A DNA stretch of 64,000 nucleotides from assembly GCA_037447605.1 (NCBI GenBank), contig CM074818.1, forward strand, positions 1,066,617 to 1,130,616. Direction: 5' to 3'. The translations under genes and the position numbers were made by a program. Positions within the stretch are counted from its first letter, which is position 1. Each line of letters begins with the position of its first letter. Shown here piece after piece: positions 51,337 to 64,000 of this stretch. This DNA comes from Zygnema circumcarinatum SAG 698-1b. Taxonomy: Eukaryota > Plantae > Zygnematophyceae. The notes under the pieces are model-generated. The model ran no database searches. It had not been told where the DNA came from and worked only from the letters and a program-made list of their open reading frames with translations.

Positions 51337-54300
51337 TCAGCCACTTTGCAGGGGGGCGAGGGTGCTGCAGAGTTTGCCGCAGTCGGCAGCATCGCCAGTG
51401 CCCTCGGAACAGCCCGGGCTGGCCTTGCACTCCGTTATGCGGCGCGCTGCCCACACCAGGGAGGGGTCCTCCACTGGCACGTTCTCCTCGGTTCCTACCT
51501 GCAGAGAGCAGGGGGTGGAACAAACTTAAGACGAACGTTCATCTGGCCCTCCTCCCATGTCGAGCAGAAAGGTGAGTGGGTGGAAGGTATTGAGTTGAGT
51601 TGAGGCATAGCTCACCTTAGGGCAGAAGACAAAGTTGTTGACTCCTGTCTCTTTATACTCTGAAAGGGGCGTGGAAGCATAATGGTGAATCTTCAAAGAG
51701 CTAACGTCCGCAGACCCTATCGCCTGCGCTGAAGTTTGCCTGAAATTAGCAGCAGAGGAACGGAGGTTAGGAAGGAGCATCGCAGGCGGAGGGGAGGAGG
51801 AAGCTGGAGAGGAAAGGGAAACGAGTCAGAGGGAGAGGAATAGAGCTCACTTTGTGAAGTGTATTTCAACTTTGGAGCCAATCATGCGATTCGGACGCGC
51901 AGCTAACTTGTCATGACTATCGACATGGAGGTTTCCACTCCAATCCCTCCAACCGTGCTGAAATAGGGTAAAAATAAATAGAAAACCATGAGCTCCTCAC
52001 ATCCGCCATTCGCCCCTTCTTGCACGTTTTCTCTCACTTTCTGTACAATTGCAGCAGCTCACCTCTTGCCACTCTGTTACTCTCTCACACTTCTGCCCTT
52101 CTCCTCACACTTCCGTCCTTTTCGTTTCCCTTAATCTACTTTCACTTCAGTCGATCTCCCTCTTCCCCCCTCTCTCTCTTCCTTCCCCCCCCCCCCCCTC
52201 CCTTCCCTTCCTCCTCATTTCGACTCGCATTGCCAACTTCCATTTCACGCAAACATCACGAAGGAAAACTTCTATGATCCCGAAACCTCACAGCAGCGCA
52301 CCTGCATGGGTTGCGAGCAGCGCTGCGTGACGTTCTTCAGCACCGTCGTCGGCTTCTCGCTCGCTCCCAAAAAGTTGAAGCGCTTCACGCGGAGCACTGC
52401 CAGAGGGAGGTCCCCACGATGCCGCGCCTCCGCCTCCTTCATCGCACGGGGGAGACTGCCCGGTCTCGCATCGCCCAACTGCGGACATTGGCAGGAGGGA
52501 AGGCATTGAGTGAGGGGCGTAAAGGAAGGAAGGTAAAGGACGTCAGAGCAGCCAAGGACTGAAGGGTTCTTCTCCATTTCTGAGGTTTCCGCGGTTTGAA
52601 AGTTGGAACCTACCGAAATGAACTCATCGATGTCGATGAAGAGGAGCCAGGACAGGTTATGGCGGCGTCCCTGCACTCTCCCAAAACGACAATATAGGTA
52701 AGAAAACATCTCCGCTTTCTTGCATACGTTCTACCGCATAAGTACTAAAGCTTGGCCGTAACATGCGGCAAACAAGTAGGCGAAGCATCGGAGAGTTCAC
52801 TGAGTCTTCCTTCATCTGTGTGGCGGAGCCTCCCTACCTGCATCATGCAGTGCTCGTTGGCCAAGATTTGGTCGTAGCTCTGCGGAAACCTGCAGAGCCC
52901 CAAACCCGGAGTGGCATCTGCGGTCAGGTCACTTCATCCGCACATTCACAATGGCATTCGCACGTGCTTCTGCTCGAGCAGAATGGGATTTGCCAGAAGC
53001 TGCACTTACACATAGCGATCGTTGGCGTTTGCATGGATGTTTCGGCGGAAGAACACTTCAGACCAGGTTGGAAAGGGCACATGTACCACAACTCCGCGGT
53101 CCACATATGGCTGCAATCCGACAAGCCTTAGTTTAATCTACCACGCTGTGAAGCAAGGCTAGTGCTTGGCGGGTGACAGCACAATACAGCTTTTTGAAGG
53201 GGGTCGACGGTTGGAGGGGGGCTCTTTCAGGCTTCTGCCGACTCACTCTGAGGAGAGGGAGCTTTTCATCGCCGTAGCGGTCGTAGAAGAATATGCGCGA
53301 CACTCCCATGAGCAGATTGTAGTCGATCCATTCAAAAAGATTCTCCGTGCGATCACCACGCAAGCGGTCCCTGCGGAACATATGAAACAAGCCACTTTAA
53401 AACGCAGCAGACACAGCTCTCTCCCAATGCCAATGACTGCAAAATCTCCACGCAAACATTCTCGTCTGCTGGTGAAAGAATGAATCCATAGCCCTCTGTG
53501 ATCGACTTGAGCATCCTACATTAAAAAAACGGTCTCTTTACGAAATTTCACGAAGTTTTCAAGACTGCTGGCTATAGAAAGTTGGGCCCCGAGTGAAGCG
53601 ACTCTTACTCTATGCTGAAGGGGCGATGGTCGCGATACGGATAGAGGCACACTCCCACCTCGGGGTCCCCTTCAGGGGGCGGAGAGGGAGCCCTCTCCTG
53701 CACAGCCATATCCGTACGGCAGAGCGGCAGCGGAGGCATGTGCAGGAGGTCGGAGGGGTCTGAAGCCACCAGTTGGATCTGCATCCTCACACGTGCGAAC
53801 TACTCTCAGGGACTCTGACCCTCAGTGTTGCCCTGCGGCTCCACTGCGTGTTCCGTTCTCTCGGAGATGGAGGCAAGTGGGAGGGGAGAGGGGGAGGGAG
53901 GGGGAGGGAGGGGAGGGAGGGGGAGGGAGGGAGGGGGAGGGAGGGGAGGGAGGGGAGGGAGGGGGGGGAATTCACCTGCAGCTTGGGGGCACTGAGGAGG
54001 AGAGGTGGTAGGTTTTCCGGCGAAGGCAGCGGGCAGTGCAGGAGGAGGCTGTACTCCTGCGTGTGCTCAGCGATTATCGCGTCCGTTACCAGGAGGGGAG
54101 AGCTCTCTCTCTGAGCCCCTCTCCCATGGCCTGCACGTGACCGAAGAAGCCGAAGGATGAGAGAGCAGCCGCAGCAACATTTCTTCCGAAGGAGATGGCA
54201 CGGTGCCGAGAAGCTTGTTGTGCGAGAGGCTGAGTGTGATGGAGAGGCTGCTTTTGGCAGGATGAAGTGAAGGCTGAGGGAAGGAGGCAGAGCAGCACCT

Positions 54301-55876
54301 GCCCAAAACTCGCAGCGGAGATGCAGACCCCTCTTCTCCGCAAGGCTGCTCAGCCATGCACCTCCCCAGCTCTGCCCACCAGAATGGTTGCGGTTAATTA
54401 AAGAAAAAAAAAATGAAAACACAAATGACCAGAACCTTGCATCCTAGAATTACATATGCCGAGCTTCTGCAGAACAGAGATGAGGTAACCCAGGAAAGCA
54501 GGGCGAGATGGGCCTTACTTTTGCAGAGCGCGTGATGCTCTCCTCGTCCTCCGCAAACGCCAGCAGCTGCACCACAAGGTCATCCGGCTTCCCTGCAGAA
54601 CTTTTTCCTGGGGCGATTCCCCGCAAAAGCTCCGCCTCAAACACTGTAGCCCCTCCACACATCCCTTTCATTCCATTAAAACGGAAAACAAAAAAAAAAA
54701 ACAAAAAAAGCGTGTATGTGAAATCAAAGTCCGTCTAAATCGTCAAGTACTAGCATATATCCCCACGGCAACCCTTGGTGTGCAAGAGGGAGGGAGGGAG
54801 GGAGGGGGTGGCAGTCACCTATGAGCTGCGCCTCTTGGCTGTCCTTGTGGTACGTGCCGGCCACAAAGGGCGAGAGAGGCGGCGCGCAGAGCTGCAGGCG
54901 GGCACCCTCCTCGGACAGCGCGCGGCTCAGGGCGGCCTGAAGGCGAACACTCGCGAGGGGACGCGAAAAGCTGCTCTCCTGTGCTCGCACCCGCAGAGCA
55001 TCGCCCAGCTGCACAGCCCACTCCCTTCTTCCTCATGTCACATTTTTGTTTTTTTTTAAAGAAAGAAAGAAAAAGCCTCAATCCGATCTTCTTCTCGAAC
55101 ACAGGAACTTTTTAAAGGCAAACTGCGGAGTCTCTAGCCAACAAGGCATCGGGTTTTTTCAAAAATGTGGACAAAGAAAGAGGTAACACACGCACCAAAG
55201 TGAGCGCACTCCCGCCGTCAGACGTGGTCCCCTTGTAAGTGAACCACTTTTGCACATTTGCGAGGGCTCTCTGCAGCAGAAACACATCCCCCGAAGGAAA
55301 GTGAGACCCAGATTCAGACCCAGTCCCGGCGTGCAGCAGCCGCAGCATTAGCAGCATCTGATCGATGAAAGGGGAGAGGCGAGGAGGCAGACCTGCATGC
55401 GTCGCAGCCGCTCCGGGTCGCGGGCGATTGCCGCCGCTCGCTCTGCCAGGGACGACGCCCCTACGCTGTCGGGATCGACATTCAGGGAGAAACTCCTGCA
55501 GCCGAATGCCACGTTCATGCCATTCAGGGAGAGCGAGAGAGAAAGATAGAGCAAGAGAGAGAGAGAGGGATAGAGTTAGAGAGAGAGGGATAGAGTTTAG
55601 AGAGAGAGAGAGGGAGAGAGAGAGAGAGAGGGATAGAGCAAGAGAGAGAGGGATAGAGTTAGAGAGAGAGGGAGAGAGAGAGAGGAGGGGGGGGAGAGAG
55701 GCGCACGAGTAGGCGAGCGAGGCCTCCCAGGGGCGCAGCGCGTGTTTGCTGAAGGCGGAGACCGGCACGCACCCGCCCGCGAGTGCCGCGCTGAGGGCCG
55801 CACCGCCCGCCCCCACCACGCACACGCGCGCACGCCGGACCGCCTCCTGCAATGCCCGCGGTCACTCCCGTCAGAG

Positions 55877-55907
<31 letters not shown>

Positions 55908-57752
55908 CCCCTCTCTCTCTCTCTGTCGCTCTGTCTCCCTCCCAATCTCTCTCTCTCTCTTTCTCTCTCTTTCTTTCTCTTTCTCTCTCTCTTCGTCTCC
56001 AGCTTCTGCCCTGCACTCCACTCTTTCCTGACTTAATCTTGCTCCTTGATTGGGTTTGTGAGTTAGCATGGCTCATAGTGGTGCGGGATTGTATAGCTGT
56101 AAGTGGCACGGAGTAAGGGGAGGGGGGGGGAGCGGGAGAGGAGTCTCACCGGGTCGGGCGGCTTCCCATCCTCAATGAGAAGCACGTCCTCGCTGCGCTC
56201 GACCATGGCGGAGAGCTGCTTCGCAGACGGCAACGAGAAGGCGGGAATTGCAATGTCACGCTCAAGCGTGCAGGTCCTTGTAGCCTGCGGAGTCGACACA
56301 GCAAGCTTCACAACTTTTTTAAACTCTCACGCCAATGCAAAGTTCTACAGGTTGCATGCATTCAAAGTTCTCAGGGAGAATACGAGCTTTCAGCTCACAT
56401 TTTCTCTGACACGAAACAGTGCCTTAAAGTTTACCTGCCCTGGTTTGCTGTCGAGGGCGTTCTTTTCGTTTGTCAGGGACGATTGCAGCCTGCACGCGAG
56501 TACAAGGGGTTCCATGTCAGTTGAGTTTAACAGAGAGCCTCAAACGGAAAGATGCATGGAGGCGCTCTGCTGCCTGCTGTGAGCACTGACCCCTCAAGGG
56601 AGGGCTCCCCGAACAGCTGCAGGGAGAACATCTCGCCCACCGCGTCATGGCTGCACAGCCCGAGCACACTGCACATCCGCCCATTCCGCCCCCCACAGTC
56701 ATTCTCTGCCCCTTCTTCCACTCGCTCTGCATCAATCTGCACTCCAAATCAAACTCCTCAACATAATCCAACACGCTCTGCTATGCTCCGCCTTCCTTCC
56801 TGCCGGCAGCCATGCAGCCATACATGCATGCATGCATGCATGCATGCATGGGTGCTTGCCTGCAGCGGCCGTAGTCGTGGGAGGTGACGACGAAGTGGTC
56901 GCGGCCGTTAGAGCGTCGCCAGAAAGGGTAAGCGCGCTGCAAGCAATGGCCCGCCAAGCCGCACTGTCAGCTCCGCAATCTCCGCCGCAGCGGGAGAGGG
57001 GAGGAAAGGGAGAGGGAGGGGAAGAGGAGGAGAGGAAGAGGCGAGATGGGAGGCGGCGGCCATGGCTCACACCTGCACATGGCGCAGTGCAGCCTCCACG
57101 AACTGTGCGGCGTGGTGCGCGGCGCGGATGGAATCGTTGCCCTGCGCGGAGGNNNNNNNNNNGGAGGGAGGGAGGGAGGGAGGGAGAGAGGGAGGGAGGG
57201 AGGTGCAATGTTCAGGCGGAGAAGTTTACTAGTGACTGCCTTTTAGTCGTTTCGGCAAGTCTTTTTAGCTGGTGAATTTTGAACCCTGTGGCTATGCTTA
57301 GCCCGCAGTTTAGTCGCCGTGCAAGAGTGCAGTTTTTAAGACGTGGTGTTTGGATTTGCTGTCTCACTGCAGAGATCTTAGCTTCAATTCTTTGACGGGT
57401 CTAATTCCATTTGCTGCCAGATTGCTACCTCTTGAAAACCTGTAAGAACTTCACCTTTTCCGCATGAGATTCGTTTGCATATCCTAATGTTTTTATTTGA
57501 ATAGCATATAGAATTAAGCACGTGTCTAGTATTCTGTATAACCCTAGGCAGGCAGGCAGGCAGGCAGCAGAGGGAGAGAGGGGGGGCGGACCTGCAGCGC
57601 GAGGAAGCGCGCGGAGTAGACCGGCACGAGAAAGAGCGCGGCGCGGTCCGGGTCCGTCGTGCGGAGGGCGTTGCTGCGCGCCAACAGCCTGCCGCCCGCC
57701 CGCCACTGCTCAGCCCTCTCCCTCTCCGCCTTCGGCCCAGAGAGAGAGTGAA

Positions 57753-57813
<61 letters not shown>

Positions 57814-58240
57814 AAGAGAGAGAGAGAAAAAAAAACCTGTGCACTGCAGCCTCCGTAGCGTGTGGTCCACCATTCCATGCCCAAAGCGGGTCGTCGTCCA
57901 GCAGCTCCTCATTGAACCTGCACGTGTCGCCCCCCTTCAGCTCCTCCGCCTTCTCCTCTCCTACTTTTCCATAAATTATTTAATTAATCCATGGCCACGC
58001 AATCACGCACCTTGCAGGCAGATCGTACACGTAGATGAAGCCGGAGCCTGTCCCTTGCTCGGCTTGCCTGTGGAGGCCCCAGCGCGGCCGCTTGAGGAGC
58101 GCGAGCAGCGAGAGCAGCACCGCCGCCAGCAGTAGGGCGAGCAGCGCCGCCACGAGCCGCACGAGCCATATCCCGGCCCTGCGCCCTGCTCCTTTCTTCT
58201 TGCCCCCCGCCATCGCCGCAGCCATGGTCATGGCTGCCAT
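51337..58240 (-). CDS. Type II membrane glycosyltransferase with N-terminal GT47 (exostosin) and C-terminal GT92/DUF23 domains (multi-exon)
   Basis: TM segment followed by IYVYDLP, LRTTDPDRAALFLVPVY, YPFWRRSNGRDHFVVTSHDYG, DIAIP and AGGCVPV (GT47). Downstream are EVGVCL, EWIDYNLLMGVSRIFFYD, QILANEHC, WLLFIDIDEF, KIHHY and VEDPSL (GT92). Stop at 51337-51339. Confidence 0.75.
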
Positions 58241-59594
58241 CCTCGCGCGCGTCTCTTCCAGTGGCTCCGTCCGCCGCCGGCCCCTTAACTAATAAGTAAC
58301 GAACGTTTTCGTCCGTACCAACGATTCCGTACGACCGCGCCGAAAACCGGCGTGAGACCGACGCTGCAACGGCCGCCCTCGTCGTTTTGACTGTACGATC
58401 GGACGCTTCCCGACAAGATCTGGGCGGCAGGTTTCGGCGACGACGGAACGCGTCGGCGGAGGCGCGCGCTGATTGGCCGCCCGCGCCAACCACCGCCAAC
58501 GGCCGCCTGGCCCGACCGCGCGACGTCCGGCGGCGGCCTCCAACGACCGGATAATTGTGTCGTATTACATGTACGGTTCAATTTGTCGGTAGCGCCGCCA
58601 GTGCGTCGGCCGGCGGCCCTGACGCGGCTCGTCGCCGTCGGCAGTCACTCTCAGGGACCTGACCGCGAGGCCTGGTCCCTACCGACCCCTGCCGGTCCCG
58701 ACGGGTCGGGACGGGTCCTTTCCCGGGATTTCTGGCGAGCTAGAGGCGCAACTTTTAGGTCATATCCAAGTACCACGTGGGCGAATCCGCTTTCGCCACG
58801 TGCTGCCAAGCGGGCACCAGTCGGCGGCCGCCAAACCGGCAAGCCGTACAGTGAGCCTGGTGCGCTCGGGCGGTCGCGTTTGTCGTTTTCCCAGCGGACA
58901 GCCGCCCGGTGCGGTCTGTGCCGGGTGGCGCAGTTATGTCCGCACCCCGCGCCCCCCCCGCGGCTGAAAGTGCTTTTGGGTTTGAGACTTCTACACCGGC
59001 AAAAATAAAGGCTACCGCACTCGCCCTCGCCTCCGTTAATTCCAAGTCTGTCCTCCCTCGACCATTCAATTACGGGTTTCACCCTGAGGCCCCTCAACCC
59101 TAAACCTCGATTCTAGGACTCAAAACTCTGAAGCTCGAAACCTCCAACACTCCAATCCCCAGCATGCAGCCTTACCTTCGATTCCTGGATCTCCTCTCCA
59201 TGCCTGCCTGGATGCTGAACCCTGAACCGTGCTGGAACCTCCCTCCCTCCCTCCCTTCCCTCGCCCCTCTCCCCTCCCTACGCTCAGCCCGCGGCCCGCG
59301 GCCTTCCCTCGGGACCCCAACTCGACAGGCCGACGCCGTACGACCGCCCAACCGGTCGCCTCGCGCGCGGCGATGATTGCAGGCGCGCGATGTTGCCAAA
59401 TCTGTACGGACCCTGTCCGTGCAGATGGTCCCGTCCCGGGCGGCCGGGCGGGCCCTACACCGTGTCGATATTATCGGGTGTACCGGATAATATCGTGGCG
59501 AGCAGGACGGTATCGTAGAGGAGTCGATTCGCGCGGCCATGGCCGAACGAGGGAGGGAGGGAGGGAGGGAGGGAGAGAGGGAGGACGGGCGGCC
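58241..59594. promoter_or_regulatory. GC-rich divergent promoter region between the GT47-GT92 gene and GTF3C5
   Basis: Head-to-head ATGs at 58240 (-) and 59595 (+); CpG-rich with CCGTACG motifs and a telo-box-like AACCCTAAA at about 59096. Confidence 0.55.
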
Positions 59595-61808
59595 ATGGCC
59601 ATGGGGGGGGAGGCAGTGCCCGCGCGGCGCGCAGTGGCGGTGGAGTTCCCCGCGCGAGTGCGCAGCGCGCCGCGCGCCCTCGCCGCGCTGGGCGGCCTCC
59701 GCGCGCTCGCGCAGGTAAGGGCGGACATGCGCGGGCCTCCCTCCCTCCCTCCCTCCCTCTGGGAACTGTCGGGGCCTCGGGACGCGGTTCGCAGCGTCAT
59801 CCTTTACAGTCATCAAAGGCTTTCAACGAAGATTAACTTAGGGCTGTTTGAAATGAAAGCGTGCATAACTATGTTCAAGCAAGCATATTGCCTTTGCTCG
59901 TTCTGCCACAGCTAGTGTGGCCATTTCATCTATGCGATGCTGTACTTCAAAGTAATAACGGCGCATTTCATTTTTTTTTATTTCGTTCAATTTCTTTCTA
60001 GACGATTAAAAAAATATCTTGATATTTCATTTTCAACCACTACCTCGTTCAAGTAGTTTTATGACCGTCGAAAACACTGGTTGTATGTAGAAATTGTTTA
60101 TCGAACTTAACAATGGCCGATTCTTTTCCAGCTCGGCCATTCATGCCTCAAGCTTAAATGATTCACAAAATTGCTTTTAGCACCCCAAAAACCTAGATGC
60201 AATATCCCTCTGAAACCCGTCCGGGCCTCAGCCGATCTGCCAAGGCATGCAGTTTCTTGTTGACCTCTGGGAGTGAATCAACAGCTGCATCTGCAGCAGT
60301 TGCTCGCAGCGCTTAGACCTTGCATTGAGAATACGCCAATTGGCAGCTCACAGCCTCTGTTGCTGCACCAGGCTCGCTCCTCTGACCTCAATTTCTTGGA
60401 GCTCCGATATCGCCCGGAGGACCCCTTCTGCCATCCTCTCTTCGGCGACCACCAAGAGACGGCAAACCTCCTTCTCCGCGTCACACGCCGCCCCGCCCGC
60501 AAACGCAAGCGGGGGGGGGAGCCTGCAGGCGATGGGGGGGGGGAGAACCACGAGGAGGGGGGGGGGGAGGGAGAGGAGGTTTCTGCCAGAGTGGTCGCGC
60601 GAGTGGACAGCACTTATCGCTTTGTCGGTGAGTGAGACGTAGGTCTGTGGAAGGCGGGGGGTTTATGTTTCTTTATGGCAAAGCAGCACAGATATGTGTC
60701 AATCTGCTGCTCTCTGCTTTTTCATATTGCGTTTCTGTAGAGGTAGTGAGGGTTCATCCATAAGCTGTCTCTTTGGTGAGAGCTCCTTTCTTTTAGTGAT
60801 GCAGTGTGGTTGACGTTGGTTGCAGGCCTAGCGGATTTCCAGTACGTGGTGGGGGCAGCAAACAGGGATTACCCTAAAAAGCCGACGCCAACTCCTGCTG
60901 AAGGTGAGATTCGCTGTAACTTTTGGTCCCTTTACAGAATCAATGTCAGCAGCATACGCGAGAGGCAGAATGGCAGAGAGCACGGCCCTATATCGAACGC
61001 TTTTACTCTGCAAAATGCAAACGTAGGTGTTAGCAAACGGCGAAACCAAGGCCTGCTGTGTAGGTCCGCTTTTAGCTCTCTCGACACCCATCATTGCTAA
61101 ACAGTTCACACCACTAAAATGTTTAGGTGGGATGAAAGCTTGAAGGATCATGAGCCCAGCATAAAGCACGCCTACAAAACGGCTTTCCTTGCCTTCCATT
61201 CCACGAATTATGCTTATCTCGAGTCGTAGACCTTAAAGGGAATGCCCGGGCTTGACTAAAGCTTACTTGCTGATTTGCAGGAGGAGAAAGTTCAGCTTCG
61301 GGAGGAGGCGGTGAAAGCGATGAGCTGATGGCGCTTGTGCCCCCTCTCTTCTCTCAGCACGACATGCCGGACAATCAGATGTAAGCCCACGTTCAACTTT
61401 GCTGCATCAATACGAACCCAAGACGAAAATTGCCATTGCAACCCAGAAGAATGCATCAGACCCCTTACAGAATCCCTCTCCTGTTGGAGCTGCTGCCGGA
61501 GGGTCCCTCAGTTTGAAGGCCATGGAGAGGGAGGCCAAGCAGGTCGACGCAGAAGCAGCGGCTACTGCCCCTGTTGGTCAGACCCCCTCTCGGAGCAAAA
61601 GAAAGCGGCGGATGGCCAAGAGGGCCCCCTCTGCTTTGCAGCCAATCCCCCAACCTCCCCCTCTCCCTCGGCCTCTCCCTCTCGCTATGCCATCGTCCGA
61701 CTTTGTGCCCAATGCTCCGGCACAGGTGCTTACCAGCCATGGCTGCGAACTGGCGATGTGCTGATATTCTTCATCTGGGGGTGCTCAGCTTCTTGTTTGC
61801 CGACCGCA

Positions 61809-61841
<33 letters not shown>

Positions 61842-64000
61842 GCAGAGAGTCAAGGGGGTGAAGGACGAATTGGCGATGCAGATGCGATGCGAGTGATGGG
61901 TTCGCAGCGAATGAGGGCAGAGGCTGATTGGGGAGACTGGTGGTTTGCAGGAACAAGTGCGGGCACCCGTATTGCTCAACGGTTATGACTTCAATAAGGG
62001 CCATATCCCATCATGCAGATTGTAGATACAAGTGTACTTTTCCGGTTAAAGGCATCGTACTGATTGATGTTTCCTTGGAAAACAATATAGTTCAGTAAAT
62101 TTATGAGAAACCAATCTTTCCTACTTATGTGTGGTTGGTGTAGGCAGCCCAGGAGCGTCCTCCCTCCCCCTCTCCTCCTCCCTCCCTCCCTCCCTCCCCC
62201 CACTCNNNNNNNNNNCCTCCCTCCCCCCTCCCTCCACCAGCCCCTCTCTCTCACCGCCCGCTAGCTCGAGCGCGTACTCCTCGCTAGAAGTGTCCTTGAC
62301 AGTGATCTCCACAGATACCCGAGGAGGAAGAAGAGGTGGAGGAAGGTGAAGTGGGGGGAGAGGAGCAGGACTACACGACAATGCTGAGGGCTCTGCTTCA
62401 GCGGAGGCCCATTTGGTCGCGCCATGCGTTGGTCGCTGAGCTGCTAGACTCCCTGCCCAGTATCAACCACTCTGTTCTCAAACGGTAGCCCAGCAATTTC
62501 TTTCACTTTTTCATCATACGAGGATTGATTCATGGCTGCACATTCTCTCTTTCTAAGGATTCGAGGTTGAGCGCAAACGATTGGAGCGCCTCTTCATGGC
62601 CTCTCCGCTGTCACTCATCCCTCCCTNNNNNNNNNNCCTCCCTCCCTCGCAGGGTCCTCGTTCGACTCGCCTATCTGTTTGCAAATGGGCCGTTTCGCAC
62701 TCTCTGGATACGGAAGGGCTACGATCCGCGGAAGGATTCCGGCTCGCGCATGTCAGAGCGGCCGCCACCTTTCCTCCATGTTCACGGGGATGGAGGGAAT
62801 AAGAAGCGAATACACCGGGAAGCCCAGTTATTACATTAGAGGAATTTCACCTTCTGGATATGTTTTTGGAATGCTCTGCAAGGTGCTGTGCATTCTACAT
62901 TCTACATTCATTCATTCATTGCGTGTAGTCATTCATGGGCTGAGTTCTGCGTCAAAGAGGGTGCAGATATCAAATGCTTGACTTCCGCATTCCCCCCTCT
63001 TGGGCGGTCTCCCTCCCGGAGGTGCCCAAGCATGCGGTGATGCCATGGGCCGACCTCTGCTCTTTCCGAGCACTGCCCCTCCGCCGCTTTGTGTTCCTTC
63101 AGCTGTGCGACCTGCAGGACGAGGAGGTGCGGGCCATGCTCAACGAGGAGGCGGAGAATTCCTCATGCACTGTGAGTACTTATTCTGTCCCCCGTGTCAT
63201 GTTTTCAGTTTGCTGGAAGGTGTCTCTTTGAACCCCAAGTTGCATGATCTATTGGGGTTTCTCACCCGTGAAAAATAAGGTCCACTTCCTTGTTGATTTT
63301 CTTGCTCATCACCCTTGTGGAAACGCTATCTTCTGTTTTTTGTTCCCACCTTCAAAGTCCCATGCCTTTTTCTAATCGGGAACAGGGATGAAACAAACCC
63401 AGAACCAATACTCTTCTCAGAACCGTGAATTTTCCATAGACTTCATGACTCACCAACCCCCTCCTATTGCCGACCATTACGAACTTCTCACGGTGCGAAC
63501 TTCCCTGCCCCTTTGGCCCCCTCCAGGAGGGTTCAGGGTGGTTCTCGCGCGGCGCGCTTGAGCGCATGCGTGACCGTGTGCGCGCGCGCTTCCACTCGCT
63601 GCTTGCCCAGGGAAGCGAAGTGCGCGACGTGACAGCGGTCTTCGTCGGGAGGGAGCGGAGTGGCGGCCTGGCTGGAGGGAGGGAGGGAGTGGCGGAGGGA
63701 GGGGGAGTGGTGGAGAGAGAGGGGGGGGCGGAGAGAGAGGGAGTGGCGGAGAGAGTGGGGGGGGCGGAGGGAGAGGGAGTGGCGGAGAGAGAGGGGGGGG
63801 CGGAGAGAGAGGGGGGGGCGGAGAGAGAGGGGGGTGCGGAGAGAGAGGGGGGGGCGGAGGGGGAGGAGGTGGAGGGGGGGGCAGGGGAGGGGGAGGAGGA
63901 GGGGGAGGGGAGGGCCGCTGACTGGAGAGCTCGAGAACGTGGAAGGGAGCAGCCGCTGGATGAAGGTCATTCTTTTTTATTCCCTGGTTTTTCTGACGTT
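59595..64000 (+). CDS. GTF3C5: General transcription factor IIIC subunit 5 (tau95), 3'-partial
   Basis: AVEFPARV...ALAALGG, LELRYRPEDPFCHPLFG...NLLLRV, YRFVGLADFQY, VPPLFS..DMP, AYLFANGPFRTLWIRKGYDPRKD, LDFRIP, FLQLCDL and GWFS. First exons are 59595-59714, 60371-60628 and 60826-60903. Confidence 0.9.
63660..63910 (+). repeat. G-rich ~18-bp tandem repeat (GGCGGAGAGAGAGGGGGG) within GTF3C5
   Basis: Directly visible tandem units. Confidence 0.8.

Noticed and set aside
50908-51603. 231-aa plus-strand ORF
   Set aside because: GC-rich antisense overlap of the last GT92 exon and its 3' region, with no ATG start or recognisable motif.

Overview
This is an intron-rich eukaryotic window from a green plant lineage. 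The gene content and (GA/CT)n-rich GT-AG introns suggest a streptophyte alga such as a Zygnematophyceae, but the species cannot be determined here. Genes were assembled by hand from splice sites and reading-frame phase. In order they are: the 3' part of ALG2 (+), TRM11 (+), a CYP39/CYP7-like cytochrome P450 (-), RAD51C (+), a long disordered E/K-rich protein of unknown function (-), an ~11 kb transposon nest, a split CYCLOPS/IPD3 gene (+), a CHR12/MINU-type SNF2 ATPase (+), an apparent GT47 (exostosin)-GT92 fusion glycosyltransferase (-) and the 5' part of GTF3C5 (+). The transposon nest holds a MULE-like MITE, a Copia integrase, a decayed Gypsy pol and a hAT MITE inside a Tc1/mariner MITE. 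The main finding is the CYCLOPS/IPD3 gene (35822-42842), the symbiosis-pathway transcription factor, which the ORF track does not show as one gene. It keeps the MTRSRSSELR phospho-site and the C-terminal coiled coil, but its S50 kinase context and NLS are altered, and intron 2 holds a promoter-like CpG island. The GT47-GT92 fusion and the sterol 7-alpha-hydroxylase-like P450 are the next most notable.
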